Assembly: GCA_041567895.1 (NCBI GenBank)
Contig: JBFGAX010000008.1
Location: 1,223-65,222 of the forward strand
Source of the DNA: Acidimicrobiia bacterium
GTDB lineage: Bacteria; Actinomycetota; Acidimicrobiia; Spongiisociales; SHLN01
Direction: 5' to 3'
DNA length: 64,000 nucleotides
Shown: positions 12,520 to 22,044 of the stretch, piece after piece
Layout: every line of letters starts with the position of its first letter
How positions within the stretch are numbered: position 1 is the stretch's first letter
Program-made: the position numbers and the translations under genes
The notes under the pieces: generated by a model
What the model was told of the DNA's origin: nothing
The model's database searches: none
The model's input: the letters and a program-made list of their open reading frames with translations, nothing else

Positions 12520-15500
12520 TTACGTGGCTCGTTCGGGGCGGGAGATGTCGATCCCCAGCGCTTCTTGTGTTCGGAATACGTCCTCTTCGAGGTCCGCCAG
12601 CTCGATCTCCTCACCAGCCGACAACATCTCGACGTTGAGGCAGAGGCTCTGCATCTCTTTGACCAACACCTTGAACGACTCCGGAATACCGGGCTCAGGG
12701 ATGTTTTCGCCTTTGACGATCGCTTCGTAGACCTTGACGCGGCCGGCCACGTCATCGGACTTGATGGTCAGGAGCTCCTGGAGCGCATAGGCAGCGCCGT
12801 ACGCCTCGAGGGCCCAGACCTCCATTTCCCCAAATCGTTGGCCACCGAACTGCGCCTTACCGCCGAGCGGCTGCTGGGTGATCATCGAGTACGGTCCAGT
12901 AGAGCGAGCATGGATCTTGTCGTCCACCAGGTGGAGAAGCTTCAAGATGTAGATGTATCCAACCGTGATCGGGTTATCGAATGGATGGCCGGTGCGACCG
13001 TTGTACAACGTTGCTTTGCCATCTTCGTTGACGAGCTGATTGCCGTCACGGTTCGGCAGCGCAGCCTTGAGTACCTCGGTGATCTCATCCTCCCGGGCTC
13101 CATCGAACACCGGGGTTGCAACCCTGCTCCAGGGTTTGACGCCGGCGGCGGCGACACCGTCACCCTTGTAGGGCTGCCATCCCTGAGCTGCCGCCCATCC
13201 CAGGTGCGTTTCGAGAACCTGTCCCAGGTTCATGCGGGACGGCACACCGAGCGGTGACAACACGATGTCTACCGGAGTTCCATCCTCCATGAACGGCATG
13301 TCTTCCTGGGGAAGGATCCGGGAGATAACGCCCTTGTTGCCATGTCGACCGGCAAGCTTGTCGCCCTCTGAGATCTTGCGCTGCTGTGCAACGTAGACCC
13401 GCACGAGCTGGTTCATGCCGGGAGGGAGATCGTCGCCTTCCTCGCGGCGAAACACCTTGACGTCGATGACCTTGCCCGACTCGCCGTGCGGCACGCGCAG
13501 CGAGGTGTCTCGCACCTCACGAGCCTTCTCACCGAAGATTGCCCGCAAGAGGCGCTCCTCGGGTGTGAGCTCGGTTTCACCCTTAGGGGTGACCTTGCCG
13601 ACGAGGTAGTCGCCCGGGCCAACCTCGGCTCCGATGCGGATGATGCCTTCGTCGTCGAGATCGCGAAGTACTTCTTCTGCGACATTCGGGATATCACGGG
13701 TGATCTCCTCGGCGCCCAGCTTGGTATCGCGAGCCTCGATCTCGTGCTCTTCGATGTGAATCGAGGTGAGCACGTCGTTCTTGACCAGGTTCTCGTTGAG
13801 GATGATGGCATCCTCGAAGTTGTGGCCCTCCCACGGCATGAACGCCACCAGGAGGTTTTTGCCGAGGGCAAGTTCGCCGAGGTCAGTCGAAGGACCGTCT
13901 GCGAGCACGTCGCCGGCCTTGACCTTGTCACCCTCGAGGACGACCGCTTTCTGATTGAGGTTGGTGCCCTGGTTTGAGCGCACGAACTTCTTGAGCGGAT
14001 AGCTGCGCTTACGGTTATTCGAGGACTCTTTGACAACCACCTCGGTTCCGCTCACCTCGGTCACCTCGCCGTCAGCCTCTGCGATCACCATCTCACCCGA
14101 GTCGTAGGCGGCGCGCTGTTCGACACCGGTCCCGACGAGCGGAGCTTCGGCGTGCAACAACGGAACTGCTTGCCGCTGCATGTTGGAACCCATCAATGCG
14201 CGGTTGGCGTCGTCGTGCTCGAGGAACGGGATCAACGACGTTGCCACCGACACGATCTGCTTGGGAGACACGTCCATGTAGTCGACGTCGGTCGACTTGA
14301 CGTAGTCCACCTCACCACCGCGCCGGCGAACCAGTACGCGGGGATTGACGTAGGAGCCATCTTCGTTCACCTCGGCGTTTGCCTGGGCAATGACGTAGTT
14401 CTCCTCTTCGGAGGCCGTGAGATACACGACCTGCTTGGTCACCACGCCGTCTTCGACCTTGCGATAGGGCGTTTCGATGAATCCGAACCGGTTGACCTTG
14501 GCGTAAGTGGCGAGAGAACCGATCAGGCCGATGTTCGGACCTTCGGGAGTTTCGATCGGACACATGCGACCGTAGTGGGACGAATGGACGTCTCGAACCT
14601 CAAAGCCTGCTCTCTCGCGGCTGAGGCCACCGGGGCCGAGCGCAGAGAGACGCCGACGATGGGTCAAGCCGGCTAGCGGGTTCGGCTGATCCATGAACTG
14701 GCTCAGCTGGCTGGTTCCGAAGAACTCCTTGATCGATGCAACAACCGGCCGGATGTTGATGAGGCTCTGAGGTGTGATCACCTCGGGATCCTGGGTGGTC
14801 ATCCGCTCACGGACCACGCGTTCAAGGCGTGTGAGCCCGACCCGAATCTGGTTCTGAATGAGCTCTCCAACGGTGCGGATTCGACGGTTACCGAAGTGAT
14901 CGATATCGTCGGTCCGATACCCGTCGGTGCGGGCATGGAGGTTGACCAGGTAGCGAATCGCATCGAGCATGTCGTCGGTCGACAACAGGCCGTCAACCTC
15001 ACGGTCGTACTTGCTGAGATCTACATCACGGCCGAACTTGGTATCGAGCTTGTACCTACCAACCCGGGTGAGGTCGTAGCGCTTCGTATTGAAAAACAAC
15101 GTGTTGATCAAGCCTCGCGCAGACTCGACGGTCGTCAGCTCACCAGGACGCAGTTTCCGGTAGAGATCGAGCAGCGCCTCATCGCGATTCTCCGTCGGGT
15201 CCTTTTCGAGCGTGTTGATGATGGACTCGGAATTGTCGAACAGCGCCAGGATTTCCTCGTCTGTCTCGGCGATCCCGAGTGCCCGCAAGAACGTCGTCAC
15301 ATACTGACGCCGCTTGCGATCGACGCGCACGCCGATGGTGTCCTTTTTATCTGCATCGAATTCGAGCCATGCTCCCCGGCCCGGGATGAGCTTGGCTGAA
15401 TAGACGTCCCGGTCGGACGCCTTGTCGATGCTGGAGTCGAAATACACGCCAGGCGATCGAACCAGCTGGCTCACAACGACCCGCTCGGTGCCGTTGACGA

Positions 15501-15861
15501 TGAAGGTGCCGTTTGCGGTCATCATCGGGAAGTCCCCGAGGAACACCTGCTGTTCTTTGATCTCGCCAGTGTTCTTGTTCATGAATCGCGCAGTCACGAA
15601 CAACGCCTGCGAATAGTTGGCATCTCGCTCTTTGGCTTCGGCAATCGACAGTGCGGGCTCGCCGAACCAATGATCGCTCAAATCGAGCGCGAGTGTTCCT
15701 GTGAAGTCCTCGATCGGAAAGATCTCTGCAAACAGCTGTTGTAGGCCCTCGTCCAGAAACCACTGGAACGATTCATGCTGCACAGACAGCAAATCCGGAA
15801 GCGGTTGGACTTCCGGGATCTTTGCGAACGAAAGGCGGGTGGCAGTGCGCGATGGTGCCAA
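12520..15861 (-). CDS. rpoB: DNA-directed RNA polymerase subunit beta
   Basis: 1113 aa with a TTG start. It carries the rifampicin-cluster sequence [34 protein letters not shown] and the C-terminal [15 protein letters not shown]. Confidence 0.99.
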   Translation of the reverse strand: MAPSRTATRLSFAKIPEVQPLPDLLSVQHESFQWFLDEGLQQLFAEIFPIEDFTGTLALDLSDHWFGEPALSIAEAKERDANYSQALFVTARFMNKNTGEIKEQQVFLGDFPMMTANGTFIVNGTERVVVSQLVRSPGVYFDSSIDKASDRDVYSAKLIPGRGAWLEFDADKKDTIGVRVDRKRRQYVTTFLRALGIAETDEEILALFDNSESIINTLEKDPTENRDEALLDLYRKLRPGELTTVESARGLINTLFFNTKRYDLTRVGRYKLDTKFGRDVDLSKYDREVDGLLSTDDMLDAIRYLVNLHARTDGYRTDDIDHFGNRRIRTVGELIQNQIRVGLTRLERVVRERMTTQDPEVITPQSLINIRPVVASIKEFFGTSQLSQFMDQPNPLAGLTHRRRLSALGPGGLSRERAGFEVRDVHSSHYGRMCPIETPEGPNIGLIGSLATYAKVNRFGFIETPYRKVEDGVVTKQVVYLTASEEENYVIAQANAEVNEDGSYVNPRVLVRRRGGEVDYVKSTDVDYMDVSPKQIVSVATSLIPFLEHDDANRALMGSNMQRQAVPLLHAEAPLVGTGVEQRAAYDSGEMVIAEADGEVTEVSGTEVVVKESSNNRKRSYPLKKFVRSNQGTNLNQKAVVLEGDKVKAGDVLADGPSTDLGELALGKNLLVAFMPWEGHNFEDAIILNENLVKNDVLTSIHIEEHEIEARDTKLGAEEITRDIPNVAEEVLRDLDDEGIIRIGAEVGPGDYLVGKVTPKGETELTPEERLLRAIFGEKAREVRDTSLRVPHGESGKVIDVKVFRREEGDDLPPGMNQLVRVYVAQQRKISEGDKLAGRHGNKGVISRILPQEDMPFMEDGTPVDIVLSPLGVPSRMNLGQVLETHLGWAAAQGWQPYKGDGVAAAGVKPWSRVATPVFDGAREDEITEVLKAALPNRDGNQLVNEDGKATLYNGRTGHPFDNPITVGYIYILKLLHLVDDKIHARSTGPYSMITQQPLGGKAQFGGQRFGEMEVWALEAYGAAYALQELLTIKSDDVAGRVKVYEAIVKGENIPEPGIPESFKVLVKEMQSLCLNVEMLSAGEEIELADLEEDVFRTQEALGIDISRPERAT

Positions 15862-16271
15862 GAGTGGTCCTCTCTACGTTGTTTAAGTAAGTGGTTGAAG
15901 GCTGAGCTGTCCGCGATGGCCGCGCTTGAACGGCTTTTGAACGGGCATCGAATCGATTGGACAGAACAACTCAGTGCTCAAATAAATCGAACCAGCAATC
16001 AAGAATTAGTGGGCTGAACAGGGCGGATACGGCATTGGTAGAACGGGCTTGGGCGGGCGAACTGCAAGCATAGCAGCATCTTCCGCAAAACGGAAGAAAA
16101 CACGGGCGAACGGCCCCGGAGGTGGTTGGTGATGAGCGCCTGCCTCCGGACGGATCGCCAGGTGGCTGCTGCATGTCGGGGATATGTGGTCCCACGACCA
16201 TCATTCGTCTCCGCCAATATAGACGATTCATCCGCCTCGTGAGGCATACCCGATCACGAAGCACCGAGAGT

Positions 16272-16306
16272 GTTCCGCATCGTGGAACGCTCCTGTAGAG
16301 TGGAAC
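16272..16306. promoter_or_regulatory. Candidate operator: inverted repeat plus a third half-site upstream of the IclR gene
   Basis: GTTCCgcatcgtGGAAC lies at 16272-16288. The extended arms are GTTCCGC and GTGGAAC. An exact third GTGGAAC copy lies at 16300-16306. The sites are 24-58 nt upstream of the ATG at 16330. Confidence 0.35.
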
Positions 16307-16329
16307 GGCGAGCCAAGCGATCGGGAGCC

Positions 16330-17082
16330 ATGGTCCAGTCGATACATCGTGCATTCGACCTCCTCGAGGCCCTGGCGATCGAACCTGCCGGACTCACCGA
16401 TCTGGCGCGACGTACCGGATTACCCAAGAGTACGGCCTCCCGCCTGCTTGCGACCCTTCAGGATCTGAAAGCCGTAGAACGATCCGACGAAACCGGGCTT
16501 TACCGCCTGGGATCCGCGCTCAAGTCTCTGGCAGGCTCTTCGTCCAACACCGACCTCGCCTCGCTGGCCATTCCTCACCTCCACAGCCTCACCGGCCTGA
16601 CGTCAGAGACATCGGGCATCAGCATTCCCGACGGGTACCGGGTTCACTATCTCACGCAGATCGATTCCGATAATCCGATTCAGATCAGGGATTGGAGTGG
16701 CGAGTTGATTCCGATGCACGCGGTTCCGGATGGACAGATCTACATGTCCGAATGGCCGGATGAGCGCGTGGCACGCTATTTCTCCCTCGATCCCATGCCA
16801 TTCACGAACGCAACGATCACCACCGAGAAGGCGATGAGGAAACGCATCGACACCTATCGACGACGTGGCTACACCTGGGTGAAGGAGGAGTTCGTCGAGG
16901 GCCTCAACAGCGTCGCTGCCCCGATCAAGAACCAGGGCGGACACATCATCGCAGCTATGCACGTGTACGGACCTGCATACCGGTTTCCCGTCGACGGTAC
17001 CGAAGAAGCCATAGGAGAGTCCGTCGTGAAGGCCGCCGATCGCCTCTCACGATCCATCGCCAGATCAGCGTTTGCTACCTAG
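16330..17082 (+). CDS. IclR family transcriptional regulator
   Basis: The ATG at 16330 is preceded by GGGAG. N-terminal winged HTH (AFDLLEALAIEPAGLTDLARRTGLPKSTASRLLATL) followed by a C-terminal effector-binding domain, total length about 250 aa. Confidence 0.9.
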   Translation: MVQSIHRAFDLLEALAIEPAGLTDLARRTGLPKSTASRLLATLQDLKAVERSDETGLYRLGSALKSLAGSSSNTDLASLAIPHLHSLTGLTSETSGISIPDGYRVHYLTQIDSDNPIQIRDWSGELIPMHAVPDGQIYMSEWPDERVARYFSLDPMPFTNATITTEKAMRKRIDTYRRRGYTWVKEEFVEGLNSVAAPIKNQGGHIIAAMHVYGPAYRFPVDGTEEAIGESVVKAADRLSRSIARSAFAT

Positions 17083-17507
17083 CTGACCTTTCGGCCAACG
17101 AGTAGCCCGGCCACCCCTCCTGCTGCCAGAACATGCCAAATCGCATGACCTTGCAGCATCGAGGTCGGCGAGCACCACGCCCCTCCGGTTCGACTCACGG
17201 CCCAAACGACTATTCCAGCTGCCAGCACCCCGAGCGACCAGAAGGGAAGTCGGCTCCGGCTTGCCCACATCGTCGAAACCGCCGCTGCAATCACCAGCAC
17301 CAGTCCCGCATCATGGACGAACGATGAGACCGGCGACGGTGCCGCGTGAAATAGCACCGAGCCGACGCCGGCCAGAAACAATGCAAGCGCACCAAGCAGG
17401 TGTCGCTGCCAAACGAGACCCGCAGCCACAATGAATGCGAGGCTCGAGACCGTGTTGATCGGCTGCGCCACCAGCCCTTGACGAATCAGCTCGCAGTCAA
17501 ACGGCAT
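17079..17507 (-). CDS. Small polytopic membrane protein, function unknown
   Basis: 142 aa with 4-5 hydrophobic helices and several conserved-looking His residues (LFHAAP, FVHDAG, AIWHVL). No confident family call. Confidence 0.55.
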   Translation of the reverse strand: MPFDCELIRQGLVAQPINTVSSLAFIVAAGLVWQRHLLGALALFLAGVGSVLFHAAPSPVSSFVHDAGLVLVIAAAVSTMWASRSRLPFWSLGVLAAGIVVWAVSRTGGAWCSPTSMLQGHAIWHVLAAGGVAGLLVGRKVS

Positions 17508-17516
17508 CGGGGCTCT

Positions 17517-18083
17517 CTAAACGTGGCCCTTCGGCTCCCGAAAGAAGCGGCGCACCATCGGTTCGAAAAACTCGAGCGGTTCTGACTCATAGTCGGGGTC
17601 GAAGCAGTTCTGGTCGTAGTTCTCGCAGAAGTCGACGGTGTCCTGATACCACTGGTGGCTTTTGAGCCGGTCGCGTTCGTTCCGATCCTTACCGAAATGG
17701 TGGTAGTAGTAAAACGTCTGAAAGAGACCGTGGTGTTTGATGATCCAATAGGTCCGCTCAGAAACGTACGGACGCATCACGGCGGCCGCGACCTCGCTGT
17801 GGTTGGCAGGCGCCAGGATGTCTCCTACATCGTGGAGCAGGCAAGCGACGACGAACTCTTCCTCTTCGCCTGCCCGGTGGGCCCTGGTGGCGGATTGCAG
17901 TGAATGCTCGAGCCGGGTGATTTTATAACCGGATGGTTCGTCCATGGATCGCAACCATCCGAGGGCTCGATCTGCCATCTCCTGCATCTCACGAGCTTCA
18001 ATTTCGGCCAGCATCTCGTACTCGGCTCTGGTGCCGTCTGCCATGGCGGTGAAACTGACTGTATCCATCGATCGAGCATACAT
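17517..18083 (-). CDS. HD-domain superfamily protein (PhnZ/MIOX-like ligand pattern)
   Basis: 188 aa. LEHSLQ at His60 is followed 24 residues later by LLHDVGD (His84-Asp85). Further His residues occur at NH(95) and KHH(117/118), with downstream Asp residues around 151-162. Confidence 0.85.
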   Translation of the reverse strand: MYARSMDTVSFTAMADGTRAEYEMLAEIEAREMQEMADRALGWLRSMDEPSGYKITRLEHSLQSATRAHRAGEEEEFVVACLLHDVGDILAPANHSEVAAAVMRPYVSERTYWIIKHHGLFQTFYYYHHFGKDRNERDRLKSHQWYQDTVDFCENYDQNCFDPDYESEPLEFFEPMVRRFFREPKGHV

Positions 18084-18139
18084 GCAGCGCTCGGATCGGT
18101 TGACTTGCGAGGCAATGTGTCCTCGTTACCATCATCTCG

Positions 18140-20185
18140 ATGGCCACCGATCCGCTCCTGCAGCCGTTTCAGCTCAAGCACCTGACGCTCAAGAACCGGA
18201 TCATGTCGACCGCACACGAACCGGCCTATGCAGAAGACGCACTCCCCAAGCTGAGGTATCAGCTGTACCACGAGGAAAAAGCCAGGGGCGGCCTGGCGCT
18301 GACCATGTTCGGGGGCTCGACCAACGTGGACCGGGACTCCCCCGCCGCCTTCGGTCAGCTGTTCGCAGGCAGCGATGAGATCATCCCCTACTTTCAGCAA
18401 TTGGCCGACCGGGTGCACCGCCATGGCGCCTACACGATGGTACAGCTCACCCACATGGGCAGACGGACGATCTGGGATGCCGAAAACTGGCTTCCGACCG
18501 TTGCGCCGTCGATGGTGCGCGAACCCGCTCACCGCAGCTTTCCGAAAACCCTGGAGCTTGCCGACATCAGAAGAATTGTCAAAGCCTTCGGTCAAGCTGC
18601 GAGGCGGGCGAAGGACGGCGGCCTGGACGGCGTCGAGATCATCGCCTACGGCCACCTCGTCGATCAGTTCTGGACGCCGCTCGTGAACCAGCGAACCGAC
18701 GAATACGGCGGAAGCATCGACAACCGCATGCGCTTCAGCCGCGAGGTTCTCGAAGAGGTCCGCAACCAGGTCGGTGACGATTTCATCGTCGGCATCCGCA
18801 TGTCGGGCACCGAAGACCGCGAGGGCGGGTTGACGCAAGAGGACTGTACCTACATCGCCACCACCCTGGCCGCATCCGGGGCGATCGATTTCGTCAACAT
18901 CATCAAAGGGTTCATCGCAAGCGACGAGGCCATCAGCCACGTCATCCCGGGCTTCGGGACGCCTCTGGGACCCCACATTCCGCTGGCCGCTGCGATCAAA
19001 GAAGCCGTGAACCTGCCGGTGTTCCACGCAGCTCGCATCAACGATCTGGCAACTGCCCGGCATGCCATCGCTGAGGGTTTGCTGGACATGGTCGGCATGA
19101 CCCGAGCCCACATGGCCGACCCCTACATCGTCAAGAAACTCGAGCGAGGGCAAGAGGATCGCATCCGGCTTTGTGTCGGGGCGTCCTATTGCTTGAATCG
19201 GCTCTATACCGGCGCAGACGCTCTCTGTATCCAGAACCCCGCCACCGGCCGGGAAGAGACCATGCCACACGTCATCGAGCGAAGCAAAGGTCCGACAAAG
19301 AAGGTGGTCATCGTCGGAGCCGGCGTCGCCGGGCTCGAGGCGGCCCGCGTCAGCGCCCACAGAGGCCACGATGTCGTCTTGTTCGAGGCAATGCACGAGG
19401 CGGGGGGTCAGGTTCAGCTTCTGGCGAGGGCGAACGAGCGCCGACAGGAGATGATCGGGATCGTCGACTGGCTTGTTTCCGAAGTCGGTCACCTCGACGT
19501 GGACCTTCGGCTCAACAGCTATGCCGATGCGGCCACCATCATGGCCGAGAAACCCGACATCGTGGTCATAGCCACCGGCGGATTCCCCAACACCTCGTTT
19601 CTCGACAAAGGCGAAGAGCTCGTGACGACGATTTGGGACGTCATCGCCGGCAACAGTACGCCGATGGGGTCGGTGCTCCTGTTCGACGACCACGGAAGTG
19701 AGCATGCGCTCTCGTGTGCAGAGCGCCTTGCTTCGAATCCCGACGTCCAGCTCGAGCTGGTGACCCCCGATCGACTGGTAGGCCACGAGGTCATCGGCAC
19801 CGCGTATCCGGCGTACCTCAAAACGTTCTACGACAACAACGTGACCATGACCCCCAACCTGCGACTCGTCAGCGTCACCCAACATCCCGACGGACTGGCG
19901 GCAACCCTGCACAACGAGTACACCGACGCCATCACCGAGCGGATCGTTGATGCGGTCGTCGTCGAGCACGGGACACTGCCTCTGGACGACGTCTATTTCG
20001 ATGTCAAAGCTGGCTCTACGAACCTCGGCGAGATCGACATCGATGCCTTGATCGACGGACGGCCCCAGGATCTGGTTGCGAACCCCGACGGGACCTATCA
20101 GCTGTTTCGCATCGGCGACGCGGTTTCCGGTCGCAATATTCACGCAGCGATGTATGACGCGTTGCGGTTGGCTAAGGAGTTTTAG
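18140..20185 (+). CDS. Two-domain flavoprotein: OYE-like FMN TIM barrel plus FAD/NAD(P)-binding domain (2,4-dienoyl-CoA reductase / trimethylamine dehydrogenase / N-methylproline demethylase family)
   Basis: 681 aa. The N-terminus is typical of OYE (LKNRIMSTAHEP...HRHGAYTMVQLTHMGRR...DGVEIIAYGHLVDQFWTP). The linker is IRLCVGASYCLNRLYTGADALCIQNP. A Rossmann motif KKVVIVGAGVAGLEAA follows. Confidence 0.9.
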   Translation: MATDPLLQPFQLKHLTLKNRIMSTAHEPAYAEDALPKLRYQLYHEEKARGGLALTMFGGSTNVDRDSPAAFGQLFAGSDEIIPYFQQLADRVHRHGAYTMVQLTHMGRRTIWDAENWLPTVAPSMVREPAHRSFPKTLELADIRRIVKAFGQAARRAKDGGLDGVEIIAYGHLVDQFWTPLVNQRTDEYGGSIDNRMRFSREVLEEVRNQVGDDFIVGIRMSGTEDREGGLTQEDCTYIATTLAASGAIDFVNIIKGFIASDEAISHVIPGFGTPLGPHIPLAAAIKEAVNLPVFHAARINDLATARHAIAEGLLDMVGMTRAHMADPYIVKKLERGQEDRIRLCVGASYCLNRLYTGADALCIQNPATGREETMPHVIERSKGPTKKVVIVGAGVAGLEAARVSAHRGHDVVLFEAMHEAGGQVQLLARANERRQEMIGIVDWLVSEVGHLDVDLRLNSYADAATIMAEKPDIVVIATGGFPNTSFLDKGEELVTTIWDVIAGNSTPMGSVLLFDDHGSEHALSCAERLASNPDVQLELVTPDRLVGHEVIGTAYPAYLKTFYDNNVTMTPNLRLVSVTQHPDGLAATLHNEYTDAITERIVDAVVVEHGTLPLDDVYFDVKAGSTNLGEIDIDALIDGRPQDLVANPDGTYQLFRIGDAVSGRNIHAAMYDALRLAKEF

Positions 20186-21524
20186 ACCGATCCGAAGCGT
20201 CAGCAGATCGATCAGGTTTGCCGTTGCGCGGCAGAAGCCGCCGTTCGATGGATCCGTCCTCGCGACGCATGCGACCCAGGGCGGCAAGAACGACTCCGCT
20301 CCGGATGGGGATCGCCCGCCACGGCTGTTGTGATGATTGGGCGATGGGTTCTTTCGCAATGATTCGAGCGACGATGAAGAACCCCATGATGGAGTGGATC
20401 AACGCCAGAATCCAGAAATAGCCGACGTTGCCCAGTAGACCCATGGCTCCCACCGTCAGCAAAGGTCCGGCGATGGCTCCCACCCCATTCCAGAAGACGA
20501 CCTGCATGCTCGCCGCAATGGCCTGGCCGACGGGCATGTAGTCGTTGATGTGACTGAGCACCAGGGAATACATCGGGAACGAGAAGCCTCCGAACAAGAA
20601 GATCAAGGCGAGGATCTGCCAGCTCGCAGGGTCAACCCTCGTACCGAGAACAGCAATGCCGGCCGCGATCATCGTGACGAGAAACATGGCCCTGCGTCGC
20701 AACATGCGATCTGACATGATCCCGATCGGAAATTGGAACACGATGGCCCCGATGCTCATCGCTGCAACGAAGATGCCGACCCGTCCCGGCGACATTCCAG
20801 CCCGGGTGGCGTACACCGCAGCCATTCCAAATACCGCTCCGCTGGCTACGCCGGTTCCAAACGAAACCGCGATGCCGAGGGGCACTCGCTTCCACATCTC
20901 CGCGGTTGACAATGGCTTTGGCAGATCGATGAGGCTTGGTGCCGTGCCGATCGAGAGCGAGACCGGCACGACGGCGAGCGAGACGAGAGCAGAGGCGATG
21001 ACGAACAGCTCGAACGATGACGGATCCGCCACGTTCAGGAACAGCTGTCCGAGGGCGGCGCCGCCCATGAGAACCACCATGTACCAGCTCATCATCTTGC
21101 CGCGGTTTTCATTGCTGGCCGCCGCATTGAGCCAGCTCTCTGCGACAACATACAGACCGGCCTGGCAAAACCCGAAGAGGATTCGCATGCCACCCCAGAC
21201 GAATTCGTTCACGAAAACCGCATGAACAAGAGCAGCAGTCGACGCCATCGATGCGAGCGCGGCGAATACTCGAACATGACCAACCCGGCGAACGACGACC
21301 GCAACCCGGGATCCGGCCAGAAATCCGACGTAATAGCCCGCCATGATGATTCCGATAGCCGAGCCGGAGAACCCCTCTCCTTCGGCCCGGATACCCAGCG
21401 TTGAGGCAAGCAGCCCGTTGCCGAGCATCATCAGCAGGAGGGCTGCGAACAGTCCCCAGGCATGGCGCACGGCGGCGCTCGTCGAAGGCGGATCCCCGTT
21501 TGAGGTTGAGATAGTGGCGGCCAT
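20172..21524 (-). CDS. MFS transporter
   Basis: About 12 TM helices. I chose the ATG at 21524 (MAATISTS...), which is preceded by AGGAGGG. The track start at 21614 would overlap the upstream thioesterase gene. Confidence 0.9.
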   Translation of the reverse strand: MAATISTSNGDPPSTSAAVRHAWGLFAALLLMMLGNGLLASTLGIRAEGEGFSGSAIGIIMAGYYVGFLAGSRVAVVVRRVGHVRVFAALASMASTAALVHAVFVNEFVWGGMRILFGFCQAGLYVVAESWLNAAASNENRGKMMSWYMVVLMGGAALGQLFLNVADPSSFELFVIASALVSLAVVPVSLSIGTAPSLIDLPKPLSTAEMWKRVPLGIAVSFGTGVASGAVFGMAAVYATRAGMSPGRVGIFVAAMSIGAIVFQFPIGIMSDRMLRRRAMFLVTMIAAGIAVLGTRVDPASWQILALIFLFGGFSFPMYSLVLSHINDYMPVGQAIAASMQVVFWNGVGAIAGPLLTVGAMGLLGNVGYFWILALIHSIMGFFIVARIIAKEPIAQSSQQPWRAIPIRSGVVLAALGRMRREDGSIERRLLPRNGKPDRSADASDRSKTP

Positions 21525-21546
21525 GCGCCCTCCTGGGAAGAGGGGT

Positions 21547-22002
21547 TTAATGCTCGATCGAACGCCCGACACCATCGGGTTTGGGTAGCGTACCGTGGGC
21601 TTCGGCCAGCTCACTGAACCTTTTCATGATCCACGGCGCCATCTGCCTGACCTTCACCTCTTCCGTGTCGACATGCAAGAGGAGCGTCTCCTGGGTAGCC
21701 GCAATTCGACCGTCCTCACGTCTCATCGAATGGAACGCATGCAAGCTCTTCGGACGGACCCCAAGCACCATCGTGTCGAAGGTCAAGGTCTCGCCGAGCT
21801 TCACTTCGTGCAGATACTGGATATGCGTTTCGACGGTGTAAAAGCTGCCGCGTTCGTCCCGTCGGTACGACTCGTCGAACCCGGCGTGTTCGAGCAAGGC
21901 ATCGCTCGCTTCTCCGAAGGCCACGCCGTAGTAGCCCTCGGTCAGATGGTTGTTGTAGTCGATCCAGTGCTCGGGAACGGTGACTTGATAAATCCGTAAC
22001 AT
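21547..22002 (-). CDS. Hotdog-fold acyl-CoA thioesterase (4HBT type), paralogous to the C-terminal domain of the carnitine dehydrogenase at 47186-47599
   Basis: 151 aa. VPEHWIDYNNHLTEGYY and SFYTVETHIQYLHEV closely mirror VEPEWVDYNRHMTESAY and SFYTVETHISYRKEV in the lcdH gene of this window. Confidence 0.85.
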   Translation of the reverse strand: MLRIYQVTVPEHWIDYNNHLTEGYYGVAFGEASDALLEHAGFDESYRRDERGSFYTVETHIQYLHEVKLGETLTFDTMVLGVRPKSLHAFHSMRREDGRIAATQETLLLHVDTEEVKVRQMAPWIMKRFSELAEAHGTLPKPDGVGRSIEH

Positions 22003-22044
22003 TGCAGGATCGACCCTACCGGCTCGAACGCAGTTCCGGGTTGT

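Noticed and set aside
16075-16096. 6-bp hairpin CTTCCG-caaaa-CGGAAG in the rpoB upstream region
   Set aside because: The stem is short, and no U-tract follows it on the strand where it could act as a terminator. It could easily arise by chance.
17825-20359. 844-aa minus-strand ORF, the longest non-annotated ORF in the window
   Set aside because: It lies antisense to the well-supported OYE/FAD flavoprotein gene and overlaps the HD and MFS genes. Its composition (Arg/Gly/Asp/Val-rich, no motifs) is typical of stop-free antisense frames in GC-rich DNA.
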